DNA from: Lytechinus pictus
Lineage: Eukaryota
DNA: 64,000 nucleotides
Direction: 5' to 3'
NCBI RefSeq assembly: GCF_037042905.1
Contig: NC_087250.1
Location: 18,292,001-18,356,000 of the forward strand
A program made the translations under genes and the position numbers. Numbering within the stretch: position 1 is the first letter of the stretch; each line of letters opens with the position of its first letter. Positions 12,986 to 26,426 of this stretch are shown in pieces. The notes beneath the pieces are model-generated. The model saw only the letters and a program-made list of their open reading frames with translations, had not been told where the DNA came from and ran no database searches.

Positions 12986-13607
12986 CGATCCGTCATCGAT
13001 TAAAAATATTGTCGATTCCTTTATAAAAAAAACGATAAGCTTGAACACATTTTTTTTATTATTCACACAGTCAGGGACAAAAATGATTTTTCTATTATTT
13101 GTAATATTACAAAGAAACCAAAATTTCAATGCAATTTATTTTTTTCTTGATAAAAAGCTTAAATTCATTAACAAAGACAAATTGACGCTTTTCAATTCAA
13201 TCAAATATATTACTTATACATATAACTTTAAGATTCTATAAATCATTTTTTGTATTTTTTATGTAATCAACACTGAATTTGAAATGAAAATTTGAAGCCT
13301 ATTTTTCATATTAATCGTAGTTCAGCTACGAACGCGCATGTACTTTGAACGTGTACATAAGACTGTATTGGGCAGCCTGTCATCTGCATCGCAAAATCAA
13401 ATATTTCTTTCTTCAATATCATTCTTAGATGATTTTTTTAATCAATTCTTCACCAATTCATGTCTGTATGTTCTCTTATTTTCCATCATTAAAGAAAAGT
13501 ATAAGGAGCGTATGTGTGTTTGGGTATTTCAGTACAAACGTGTATCTATCAGACATGATTCTTCACGTCTGGGACCGACTTTTAACGTCACCATCCGAGA
13601 GACGTGA

Positions 13608-15537
13608 CTATGTTTAGGTAATGGAAGTCTTTTTAGACTCATTTTGAAAGCGATCTTTAGATAATAGGTAAAATGGGCAGCTTCATACCATTGTAACTAA
13701 TCAAAAAGTATTACTTAACCCTTGAAACCATAGTGTAGACCCCAAAATCTCCCAGATGGATTCTAAATAGATCATGTCAATTTTTAAGTATCAGCAGCCA
13801 TTTTAGACTCCTCAATTGGAAGCCATCTTGCATTTCTATACAGACGGGACCATTGATTTCCCTTGTAACTTATCCTAATGTATTACTTGACCATTTAAGC
13901 CAAGGTTTAGACAACAGAATCATACACAGGCGGATATTAAACAAACCAAGTCAGTTTGTAGGTAACAATAGCCACTTTAGACTCCAATTTTGGAAGCCTT
14001 TCTGAATTCCTGGACATGCTGGACCTGACTAACCATGAAACTTGTCTTAATTTATTACTTGACCCTTTAAACCATGGGTTAAACACCAAAATCATATACC
14101 CCAGACTGATATTAAACCAACTATGTCAGTTTTTCGGTAAGAACGGCCTATATAGACTCCATTTTTTGAAGCCATTGTGAATTTTTGGACATACTGGAAC
14201 CACTAACTCTCCTTGTAACTTGTTCCAATCTACACTACCCTTTAAACCATGCTTTATACTAAAAAATCATATTCTCCAGGCGGTTATTAAACAAACTATG
14301 TCGATTTGTAATTAACGAGAGACATTTTATACTCCATTTTTGCAAACCATCTTGGATTTTTGGACATGAAGGACCATAGACTATCTTTGTTACTTGTCCT
14401 AACGTATTTCTTGAGCCATTAAACGATGGGTTAAGACACCAACATCATATCCCCAAGGCAGATATAAAACAAACTATGTCGAGTTTTAGGGTTTTTAGAT
14501 AATAACAGCTATTTTAGACTCCAATTTTGAAAGCCATCTTGGATTTTTTTTTTTGCATAGTGGACCGTTGACTGTCATTGTAACTTGTTCCAATCCAATA
14601 CTTGACCCTTTAAACCATGCGTTATACTAAAAAAAATCATATTCTCCAGGCGGTTATTAAACAAACTATTTCGGTTTTTAATTAACGACAGACATTTTAT
14701 ATTCCATTTTTGCAAACTATCTTGGATTTTTGGACATGGAGGACCATAGACTATCTTTGTTACTTGTCCCAACGTATTTCTTGACCCATTAAACGATGGG
14801 TTAGACACCAATATCATATCCCCCAAGGCAGGTATAAAACAAACTATGTCGGGTTTTAGGGTTTTTAGATAATAACAGCTATTTTAGACTCAATTTTGAA
14901 AGCCATCTTAGATTCTTTGGACATAGTGGACCGTTGACTGTCCTTGTAACTTGTCCCGGTTTACTTCTTGACCCTTGAAAATCACCAATGAATAAAGCCC
15001 AAATAAAAGACACTAAAATAGGGAATAGATGAATTGTGAATTTTTAGGCCATGGCAGCCATTTTTACGCAATCTTTGATTTTCAGGTACCCTGGAGTGCT
15101 TACGTTCACTCTTACCTTTTACCCCCTACACCATTAAATATATTTATGCACCAAAAAAGGTGTCTAGGGTAGATAAAGTGCCGGTTATTTCAATTTTCAG
15201 TCGGTGGCGGCCATCTTAGACGCCATCTTTAAAATAACCACTTTCCCGGATCCGGATTTTGGTGGATTTTTAGTATGTTATTCCTGAGATCAAATAGTAA
15301 CAAAAATCGTTGACAAACATTTTTGTTACAAGTTTTGAGGGTCAGAATAGAGTAAAAATGGGTGTAGAATGGCGGCCATATTGTTTTTGCCAATTTGAGG
15401 ATTTTAACATCAAAATCAAGGTTGGTAAACAGCAAATTTGGACTCGGCGCCCTCAAATTATGCGAAAACACTTCTCAATTCAGCATTAACACGATTTGCC
15501 TAAGGCAGTCTACTTTTCTCAAATCTGGACCTGACTA
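13608..15537. mobile_element. Non-autonomous DNA-transposon-like element built of ~170-187-bp tandem subrepeats
   Basis: TTTTAGACTC...GCCATCTTG units at 13631, 13801, ~13976, ~14152, ~14326, 14512, ~14696 and 14882. GGCGGCCATCTT motifs. Ends GGACCTGACTA. Confidence 0.6.
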
Positions 15538-15553
15538 CCAGGAATGTTTTCAG

Positions 15554-15729
15554 AGGGCCGTTTCATAAAGCTGTTCGTAAGGTAAGAGCGACTTTAAGAA
15601 CGACTGGTGAACCTTTCTTACGCGCTAAACCATCGCCAATTAATGGTGTATACCATTTACCAAAAGAAAGGATCACCAGTCATTCTTAAAGTCGCTCTTA
15701 ACTTACGAACAGCTTTAGGAAACACCCAC
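15554..15729. mobile_element. Harbinger-superfamily MITE with CWG TSD (family copies at 20628-20792, 39771-40135, 41727-41910)
   Basis: TIR ...GTTTCATAAAGCTGTTCGTAAG. TSD is CAG here and CTG at 41727. Confidence 0.85.
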
Positions 15730-16329
15730 CAGGTTACCCTTGAAGGTGGCCACTGATGTATGGGTTTTCTAATTCTGAGGAAGAGAGTTCCACCTGCCAA
15801 TAGAAAACCTTACTTATTATACGGATCAGCATATCTTCGCGATCCGTTTCAAAAACTTTAGAATTACTTAAATATTTGACATGCTTAAATACAGCTATCG
15901 CCATTATATATATATATATTTAATACAATAAGAGATAGTTTGTATAAATATACCTAAATGTTAAAAGATTTATTCCTCAAAGTCATGCAATCTAAAATTA
16001 TTACTCATGCATATTACATTTAAAAAATCGTAACCTTTTTAATTCGTCAAAATGAACATACACAAACTTTTAACAATTTTCAACTCTGAATTTTAAATGA
16101 AATGGAGAGCAATTTTGTTTTAATCGTATTTCAGTATTTATTTTTTAGAGTTGTAATCGATAGATCATATTATATAATAGGTAGAATCTATATTTTTTGG
16201 TGGGGTTGTTAATTCTACATAAAAACAATAAATTAACAAATATTAAAATTTCTGTTGTAGAATTTTTGTAAAAAACTAACATTAAAGTTACAATAAAAAA
16301 TCCCCCAAATAGATAAATCAACAGATGAT

Positions 16330-16690
16330 TAGCTGTCAACTGCTAACCATGCCATACGCTCCCTTTCTTTTCTCATATTGATTTCTGTAACGCACTCTAT
16401 ACTACGTCACATTAATCGTCCCCAGCAACTTCACAATTGGGCTTCTCGTCTTTTATATTCCGTCATGACACACCTCCTGAACCACTGTTCTATAAATTGC
16501 CCTGGCTCTCTAATAGACATTGGATTATTTTGAAATTGCTTCGTTTTGAATACAAATCACTCTATAAACTATCCCCCAAAATACTTGTCTGATTGTTCAG
16601 AAATTTACATCCCAGGTAGAAGAACTAGATCCTCTGAAGACCCACTTAAATCAACATATCCAACTAATAGAAAACAGACCAGAACAGAAC
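16330..16690 (+). mobile_element. L2/CR1-clade LINE ORF2 C-terminal fragment (duplicated at ~21410-21710)
   Basis: Translates to SHIDFCNALY..QQLHNWASRL..LFYKL(P/H)WLS..KLL..YKSL..PKYLSD..YIPGRRTRSS, typical of the L2/CR1 RT C-terminus (LDYCN..LQ..QNxAAR..LHWLP..P.YL..R.LRS). Confidence 0.8.
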
Positions 16691-17452
16691 ATTATTTAAT
16701 ATGTCATTTTGTTCTATGTTTTTTTTAATAAATAAGTTACACTGAAATTGCGCGCAATTTTCTGCCATGTGGGATAAGCTCGTTATAAATATCTTATTAT
16801 TATTGTGATTATTATTATTGTTATTATCATTATTTTTTATTATTATTTTCATTATTATTATTATTTGTATTATTATTTTTTTTCTATTTTTAGCATTCCA
16901 TTGGCAAATCATTTATAGTGGACGTTCCACCAAGCGTGATATCTTGTCCTTCATATCTTATATACGACTTTTTTCAAAAAATACTTTTGTGGATCTAGCC
17001 CTATTTGCCAACAAACTGAAATGGATCTAACCTCTTTTGAAAATAACGATATTTTTTCTCTGCCTTTTTTGTTTTGTTTTACTTTTTAATGGGAATTTCA
17101 ACTTTGTTTTGATATTATCTTATCGGGGCTTCCAAGTATTTTTATAGTGTATAAAAAATCATGTGTAACAGTATTTTTTCTAAAACGGACCATTATAATT
17201 CCTCAGTCCGTGACTAACTTAATTGAATAATATTTGACATGTTTCGTTCGTGAATGAAAATCTTAAAACTATATATATATAATATTATATAATAAAAAAA
17301 GTTTATAAAAGTTTACCCACATTCCAAAATATCATACATTTGAATTCAGAGAATTCAAAAATATTACTCATGTTTAATACATTTAAAAAAAATTTAATTC
17401 ATTTAAATGAACATAAATAATTTTTTCGATTTTTTTTTTACACTGAACTTAA

Positions 17453-18036
17453 AGGAGAATGAAACCCTTGAAACCAGCTGAATCCATATCAAAGAGAAAA
17501 ATCAAAGAAACATATTGTTGAAAGTTTGAGGAAGATTGAATGAATAATAAGAAAGTTATGAGCATTTGAATGTTGAGATCACTAATGCCATGAAGTTCCC
17601 CCAATTGGCAATGCGACCAAGATCTGTGATGTCACACACGTACAACTCCCTCATTACTTTAGTACTTATTTCACTTATATTCTCACTTTTATAGAGTCTA
17701 TCACAAGGTGAGGTGTTCTCTTTATGAGAGGACAAGTACAGAGGTTTCACAACATTATATCATTGATGAATTGTTTGTCATATGATTAGAATGAGCAAAA
17801 AGAGATGTTTTGGGGTATATTTTCAGTGTCCAAAAGGGGAAAGTTGTTCATCTGTGACATCACAGATCTTGGTCGCATTGCCAATGGGAGGATCTCCATA
17901 GCATTAGTGATCTCGACATTCAAATGCTCATAACTCTTCTATTGCTAGTCCTATTTTACTCAAACTTTTGTTGATCTTATTCTTTGATTTTGCTGCTTTC
18001 ACAAAAGCTAACTTGCTCCAAGAGTTTCATTCTCCT
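17453..18036. mobile_element. Kolobok-type MITE
   Basis: TTAA|AGGAGAATGAAAC...GTTTCATTCTCCT|TTAA. Other array units show the empty site CTGAATTTAAAATGAAAT. Confidence 0.88.
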
Positions 18037-19747
18037 TTAAAATGAAATATAATACTGATTTTTCTTTTAATCGTAGTTCGGTATTATATTTTAGACTTGT
18101 AATCGATAGATCAAATTCAATAAGAGGAAGAACATTAATATTCTGCATCATAATCATCAATTAACAAATGTTAAAATATCTGTTGTAGGTCATTGTTAAG
18201 ACTGACATAAAATTTACAATAAAAAATCTTAAGAATAAATGAATTAATAGATGATTATTCATTGCATTCTGTTGGCGAAACATTTACAGTGGACGTTCAT
18301 CCAAGCGTCATGAAGCTTTGCTTTAATAAAGGTAGAAAAATACTGGCGAAGGTCTGGTGAAACTCCATAAAAAAGATGGTTAAGCTTTGTTTTAAGTTTT
18401 TTATTAAAGAAGTCATGTGCGAGCAGCATTCCCAAATATTAGTGAATTCTATTTGTTTTGATATTATTTATGACGAATACAAATATTGTTCTTATAGAAA
18501 GTTCCGTCATGAACTGTTGTGTCTGATGACGAATTCGTGTTTTTCCAGAGGGGGGCACATTTTTTCTAGGAAAATAAATTTACAAATATTATTTAATATC
18601 AATTGAAGTTCCATGGTAAAGACTGACATGAAAGTGCAATAAAAAAATATACAAAGTATGTAGACTAATAAATTATCTATTTGGTTGGTTGGTGTTGGAG
18701 TTAAGTTGGCGCTCTTCAATCTGGTAGATTATCTGCTTGGCGACTTAATTATTGTGGACGTTTGAACAGGTGTCGTGAAGTTCGCTTTAATAAGAGGGGG
18801 AAAATAGAAAAATATTGGTGAAGGTTTTGTGAAGAAATCTTTCCAAGAAAGAGAGTTGTAATGAATTTCTAAAGCTTTTAATTTGTGACGTCATGCACCA
18901 TCCCATATAATATGAGCAAACTGTATTAATATGCTTTAAATTCATCGTTATATATCAGCAATTTTCACATTTTTCAACCTGGTGTCGAAACGAACGAAGA
19001 ACTTCAATTTGCTTTGTGGTAATATTCAAGTACTACTGGGTAGAAATGCAAAAAATTGAATACCAAGAAAATTACATTTGTTTTATCATAGACAAAATTA
19101 ATATTTCATTGCAAAAGCAGTCGGCTAGGAAACTAGAAATAAGAGCAACCTTGCTATTTCTACAGGCCTGGTTCATAACTGGCCCGTTACAAAATTGTTA
19201 CTAAAATTAGTATCTTAAAACTAATTTATTGGCACAATAACATGTATATATAACTTATTCAATATATTTAAAAAATAGTTAAAATAAATTAAGCTATACC
19301 TTAAAAGATTATTCCTTTAAAGTCATAAAATCTGATATATTACTCATACATATAAATTTATTAACAAAAATTACGTTTTTTAATCTTCATGTTTGTCAAT
19401 GGTGAGTCTCCATCGACATTTTAAACCTTTCAACACTGAATTTGAGACGAACTCTTGAAACATGTTTTGAAGTTAATCGTAGTTCTGTGTTTTGTAGACC
19501 CGTAATCGATTAATAAGATTTTAGAAGCAAGCATTTTCCCCCCCCCCCCCCCCATTTTATTCCACATCAGAATCATACATTTACAAATATTATTAAATAT
19601 CAATTGAAGTTCCATGGTAAGACTGATATGAAAGTACAATAAAAAATAATATTGAAAGTAAATATACTAATAGATATTATCTATTCCATCCTCTTGGCGA
19701 CTTAATTATTGTGGACGTTCGAACAGGTGTCGTGAAGTTCGCTTTAA

Positions 19748-20141
19748 AGATAAATTCCAGTTCTGGTAACGATCTCAAAATGACTTTTTACAGAATCTAA
19801 TATAATGACCACCCAAGTGTCTGTTTGTATGAATAAAAAATATGTGCCAAAGGATTCTGAAAGAAATTGTGTAATTGCTGAGAAATAAGCAAAATAAACG
19901 CGGATTCAGTCACTTCCGTCGGGTCTTTATTCCAGCAATAATAATTCACTGTCCCATGTGTGCCTATCTGTGTTGGTGATCTTCAGTGTGAACATTTTTC
20001 AGCGTAGATTTCAAGATTTCACAAAGTTCAGTTTATGTAACTGTACCAGATCTAGATCCTCGATGATATACTGACAATTACGCCTGGTTTTACAGACTTT
20101 CTCATGAAATCAGTGTTTACTGCAACTACTGGCATTTCTCT
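19748..20141. mobile_element. Kolobok-type MITE (another copy starts at 63882; fragments at ~47320-47595 and ~59030-59130)
   Basis: TTAA|AGATAAATTCCAG...CTGGCATTTCTCT|TTAA. Empty site CGCTTTAATAAGAGG at ~18785. Confidence 0.85.
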
Positions 20142-23100
20142 TTAATAAGAGGGGGAAAAATAGAAAAAATATTGGTGAATTTTTTGTGAAGAAATCTTTC
20201 CAAGAAAGAGAGTTATAATGAATTTCTGAAGCTTTTGATTTGTGACGTCATGCACCATTCCCATATAATATGAGTAATCTCCCCATACAAATTTGCAGTG
20301 CCAACTGTCTTAATACATGTAAAGTTATGTTTAAAGGTCAAGTCCACCTCAGTTAAGTGTAGATAAGAATCAATGGTAAAACCAGACAAGCAAAATGCTG
20401 AAATTTGTGGAGGACACTCCAACCCGGTTTTGAATCGATTACTTTATGATGGGAGAATATAAAAAGAAGAATAAAAGAGCTTTCAATTTGCCATGGGGTA
20501 AGAAGGGCCAAGGAAAGACGAAGTCGATTGCAGAAATTGCAACACTTCTCAATTCAGCATTAACACGATTTGCCTAAGGCAGTCTACTTTTCTCAAATCT
20601 GGACCTGACTACCAGGAATGTTTTCAGAGGGCCGTTTCATAAAGCTGTTCGTAAGGTAAGAGCGACCTTAAGAACGACTGGTGAACCTTTCTTACGCGCT
20701 AAACCATCGCCAATGGTGTATACCCATTTACCAAAAGAAAGGATCACCTTAATTTCGCTCTTAACTTACGAACAGCTTTAGGAAACACCCACCAGGTTAC
20801 CCTTGAAGGTGGCCACTGATATATGGGTTTTCTAATTCTGAGGAAGAGAGTTCCACTTGCAAATTGAAACCCTTACTTAATTTACGGATCAGCGTATCTT
20901 CGCAATCCGTTTCAAAAATTCTAGTATTACTTAAATATTTGACATAATTAAATGCAGCTATCGCCATTATATATATATATATTTAATACAATAAGAGATA
21001 GTTTGTATAAATATACCTAAATGTTAAAAGATTTATTCCTCAAAGTTATGCAATCTAAAATGATTACTCATACATATTACATTTAAGAAATCGTAACCTT
21101 TTTAATTCGTCAAAATGAACATACACAAACTTTAAACAATTTTCAACTCTGAATTTTAAATGAAATGGAGAGCAATTTTGTTTTAATCGTATTTCAGTAT
21201 TTATTTTTTAGAGTTGTAATCGATAGATCATATTATATAATAGGTAGAATTTATATCTTTTTGGTGGGGTTGTTTAAAAAAAAGTTAATTCTACATAAAA
21301 ACAATAAATTAACAAATACATGTATTAAAATTTCTGTTGTAGAATTTTGTATGAAACTAATATTAAAGTTACAATAAAGAATTCCAAAAATAGATAAATC
21401 AACAGATGATTAGCTCTCATCTGCTAACCGTGCCATACGCTACCTTTCTTTTCCAATATAGATACTCGTCTTTTATATTCCGCCGTGACACACCTGCTAA
21501 ACCCTTGTTCTATAAATTGCACTGGCTCTCTATTAGACATTGGATTATTTTGAAATTGCTTCATTTTGTATACAAATCACTATATAAACTACCCCCCAAA
21601 ATACTTGTCTGATTGTTTAGAAATTTACATCCCAGGTAGAAGAACTAGATCCTCTGAAGACCCACTTAAATCAACATATCCAACTAATAGAAAACAGACC
21701 AGAACAGAACATTATTTAATATGTCTTTTTGTTCTATGTTTTTTTTAATAAATAAGTTACACTGAAATTGCGCGCAATTTTCTGCCATGTGGGATAAGCT
21801 CGTTATAAATATCTTATTATTATTGTGATTATTATTATTGTTATTATCATTATTTTTTATTATTATTTTCATTATTATTATTATTTGTATTATTATTTTT
21901 TTTCTATTTTTAGCATTCCATTGGCAAATCATTTATAGTGGACGTTCCACCAAGCGTGATATCTTGTCCTTCATATCTTATATACGACTTTTTTCAAAAA
22001 ATACTTTTGTGGATCTAGCCCTATTTGCCAACAAACTGAAATGGATCTAACCTCTTTTGAAAATAACGATATTTTTTCTTTGCCTTGTTTTTGTTTTGTT
22101 TACTTTTTAATGGGAACTTCAGCTCTGCTTCGGTAGCATCTTATCGGGCTTCCAACTATTTATATATTGAAATAAGAAACAAATCATTTGCAGTGACATT
22201 TTGAAATAACTTTTTTCCTCATACGGACGAGGATAATTCCTCGGCCCGTGGCAAAATTTATTGATTATTTTCGTAAGATTCCAATTCTCAAATAAATATT
22301 CATGTATAAATATTTAATATAAAATAATTAAAAAACAGTTTACATAAATTCACCTACATTTTGAAAAAAAATTCCTCCAAAGTCATAAAATCTAAAAATA
22401 CTACTCATACATAATACATTTTTAAAGTAATTTGTCACTTTTTAGTTCATTTACATGAACATAAACAAACAATTGAAAATTTTTAACACTGAATTAAAAA
22501 TGAAATATAGATATATGTTTTTGTTTTAATCGTAGTTTGGTAATTATATTTTAGACTTGTAATCGATAAATCAAATTTTATCACAGGAAGAACATTAATT
22601 CTGCATCAAAATCATCAATTATCAAATGTTAAAATATTCTGTTGCAGGTCAATGTTAAGAATGACATAGAATTTACAATAAAGAATCTTCAAAATAAATT
22701 AATTAATAGATGATTATTCATTGCATTCTGTTGGCGAAACATTTACAGTGGACGTTCACCCAAGCGTTAGTATGTTTTACTTTGATAAAGGTAGAAAATA
22801 CTGGCAAAGGTTTGGTGAAACTCCATAAAAAAAGGGTTAAGCTTTGTTTCAAGTGTTTTATTAAAGAAGTCATGTGCGAGCAGTATTCCCAAATATTAGT
22901 GAATTTTGTTTGTTATGGTGGTATGTATATGACGAATACAAATATTGTTCTCATAGAAAGCTGTGGTATGAACTGATGTGTCTGCTGGCGGATTCATGGG
23001 GGGGGGGCACATTTTATCTAGAAAAATTTGACAAGCAAAAAGTAAAAATCAGTCCAGGATCACAAATATTTCATATGACTCTAAGAGGGGGAGGGGGTTA

Positions 23101-23313
23101 CACTTGTGTATTACTAACGGCAAAGATTCATCTAAAATATTGAATATGGCTCTCAAAAGAGGGGTCGAAGTGGATGATCATAAAATTAAAAAATACTTTA
23201 AAATATCTGAAAATACTAACCGTGCTTTATCAAGCTGTGTAGACTTGGGTCGAAACGCAGAGTATACAACGAATGTATCACTATGAGGAGGGTTTGGGGC
23301 TGAAATGATTCTA

Positions 23314-23395
23314 CAAGATTCAAGATTTCAAGATTCAAGATATATTTTATTCAATTTAGCAGCCACGAAGGCTGAATTGCCGTTGAATTTACAAG
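23314..23395 (-). mobile_element. Very short LINE/SINE 3' end
   Basis: Minus strand reads stem-loop CAGCCTTCGTGGCTG, then AATAAA, then a (TCTTGAA)n tail. Confidence 0.55.
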
Positions 23396-24055
23396 CAATT
23401 TTATCTCTGGAATAGGGGTGGGTAGCCCTTATATGCGTTATCAACCTTCATTTTGTTTAACATCATGCCCGGAATTCATGTTATTTTCATGGAATTGAAG
23501 GGAATCGACCTCGCCGTGCAAAAATGAACAGCAATGTACACCCCATACGGTGCGCTGCGATGACTGCGCGGTATAAAAATGAACGTTATGGGGGTGATTT
23601 GTCAAGTAAAATCGGCTCTAACATAAAAACGGGCAGCTAAATTTGGTATCAACTTAAAGCTTAGATATCGGAGAAAATTATGTTGATAGAATTTAGACGG
23701 AAATCCACGGAAATCTAAACGTTTCTAATGTAAATGCAAAAACCATGGATTATCAGCCTATTTCGATGAATAATTATCCTATAAACCTCCTGAAAGGTGT
23801 CTTTTATCTACTTTGAACCGTTTCACACGAAAATAGGATATATCAGGATTATATGGGAGCCATTCCAGATTCCTACATGAAAAACCTCTTGTGAAATGGC
23901 CTGTTTTTCAACTAGGTTGTCATATACGCGGCCTTTCGCAAAATAACTAACTAAAATTTGTCTGGAGTACAACTTTTTCTTTTTCTTTCCAACAAACGTA
24001 GATTAAGCACATCAGCATTGCATAATATTGATGTATAACTTTATTCCATATTTAA

Positions 24056-24649
24056 AGGGGAATCCAGCCTTGGCCATAAAATGTTGTGTTGGGGAGGAGA
24101 AAAATAAATTAAACAGAATGGTGAAAGTTTGAAAGAAATCGGACAAGCAATAAGAAAGTTATAGCTGCTTTCAAATTGAGATCACTAATACTATGTAGAT
24201 TTCAAATTGGCAACTGGGTAAGTAAATTATGACAAGGGCAAGGACAACTTTCCCATAGGCCATGTACTTTATTATCAGGGATTTGTGGTTTTCTCCTAAG
24301 TACTCATTCCCCTGGGGCAGAAATCTAAATATAACCCAGGTAGTATATTGTTTCATGTCCTCATGAAAGAAAAATATAATTTGAAATGAAACTTTTGGGG
24401 AAAATGACATTTTAACCATAATATGTATTGGAGTACATGGAAGAGTAGTCCTTGCCTTACATCACTATGACATCCCATATGCGGCCAATTTGAAGTCTCC
24501 ATGGGTATAGTGATTACTAATATTTACAACTTAAAAAAAATCATAACTTTCTTGTTATTTGTCCAATATTGTTCAAACTTTCGCCAATCAACTTGTCTGA
24601 TTTTTATTTTCCTTATAAAAACAAGTGTTCATTTGGGTTGGATTCCCCT
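24056..24649. mobile_element. Kolobok-type MITE
   Basis: TTAA|AGGGGAATCCAGCC...GGTTGGATTCCCCT|TTAA. Confidence 0.88.
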
Positions 24650-25095
24650 TTAAAGAATTTGTTTGCAAAAGGGGGTTAGATCCACTTTAGACCATTCCGA
24701 AAAAGAAATCATGTCTCTTTTTATGAATTCTCCCATATTGCAATATTCGTATGCGAAACAAAATTGTCATGATACTCTACCATGCCAAACATAAAATTGG
24801 ATATCAAATATCTCTTCTTGTCCTTTGTATCTTTTAAACGTTGTTTTTTTTTCAAAAAATACTTGTGTGGATCTAGCCCTATTTGCCAACAAACTGAAAT
24901 GGATCTAACCCCTTTTGAAAAGAGCAATATTTTTTCTTTGCCTTTTTTGTTTTTGTGTACTTTTTAAAGGGATTTTCGACTTTGTTTCGGTATCATCTTA
25001 TCGGGCTTCCAAGTATTTATATTTTGATAAATCATATGTATAATAACAAAGATACTACAAGGGGAAGATCGGACACTTCGACGATTTTTTGAAAC

Positions 25096-25652
25096 CCCGG
25101 GGGGCCACTTCCATTGACGAGTGGATACCATGCGCGACCATGAGGTCTCGAAAAGCACCCTAAACACGTATTTTCCATATTCTGAAAATGCACCCCTTAA
25201 CAAGTATTGGCGTGTGAAACCCTACCCTTAACAAGTATTGGAAACAAAACGATACTCTTGGCAAGTAGTCCCTGAAATGAACCCCTAAACAAGTACAGCG
25301 ATATTTTATTGTTATGTCACGGGTCCGTCAGTTTTACCTTTACACATCATTTGGTTTGGTAGGGCCCCACACCTCGCGCAAATCGGACTCTAAATACGTA
25401 ATGTTTGGGGCAAAAAGGACATCCTTTATAAAATATTTTAATTTTGTTTTATCATCCCGCAAATTTGACCCTAAACACGTATAGCTGTCTCAGCGAAATA
25501 GATACCCTTTTTAAATAATTTGTGTGTTTTTGACACCCTTATCACGTTACGTACGTAACGTGCCCTATCTTTAAAAAGACATCCTTTTTACGTGTTTTTT
25601 TGGTCGCGCAAGGTATTCACTCGTCAATGTAAGTGCCCCCCCCCCCCCCCGG
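25096..25652. mobile_element. CCCGG-terminal MITE (copies at ~54081-54640 and, partial, ~58677-59027)
   Basis: TIR CCCGGGGGGCCACTTCCATTGACGAGTGGATACCATGCGCGACC. 8-bp TSD TTTGAAAC. Confidence 0.85.
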
Positions 25653-26426
25653 TTTGAAACGCTCGATAAATGCTGTGGGGAAGGGCGCCCAACAGCGTTG
25701 AGTAAGTAAACCTTCGCATATCGGCACGCGACTGTGTTTAAAACATATGGGGAAAATGAGAGAGGGGAGTTTGGAGAGGGCTCAAGGGTGGCACATGGGA
25801 ATAATTCCACGTTTTATTACCAAGAAACCTCTTAAATATATTCAAAGTGGGAAAAATTGAATGAAAAAATTTAAAGCGACTTTACATTGACAAATCATGG
25901 GGAAATCAAGGCTAATCTAAAAAAAAAAAACAGAGAAGGGATTCAAGTCTTTCACTCGGCTGCATGTCTGGGGTGTTACGTAATAGACACCGGCGTGTCT
26001 GGGAGGTCTAATCTTAGGAGAGCAATAGTTAGTAGACTAACCAACCAGAAGTAACCTGCATGTTTTCACTTTGAAACATGTAACTCCACAGAGGTTATTT
26101 ATTTTGCTTTAGCAATCAAGAGACCTGCTATGAGTCTAGGAATTGGGATTGTTGGAAGCTAGAACTGCGACGACCCGAAGTAAATAACCATCGGTCATTC
26201 AAATTCGTGTGCTGTCCGAATTTTATCGCATTAGTCCGACGGGCGCTCATGACGGACGGATTATATTATGCAAGTCAATTGGCCTTTTGCAAATTTCGTA
26301 TTGATTCAATTTCCCCATGATTTGTCAGTTGCCAGGCCCTTTAAGATGTAAGAATCGTCTATTCATTCACCCCTTCACCATTTCTCTCATATGTTTTGTA
26401 CACAACCATCTCGCGATACTCAAAGG

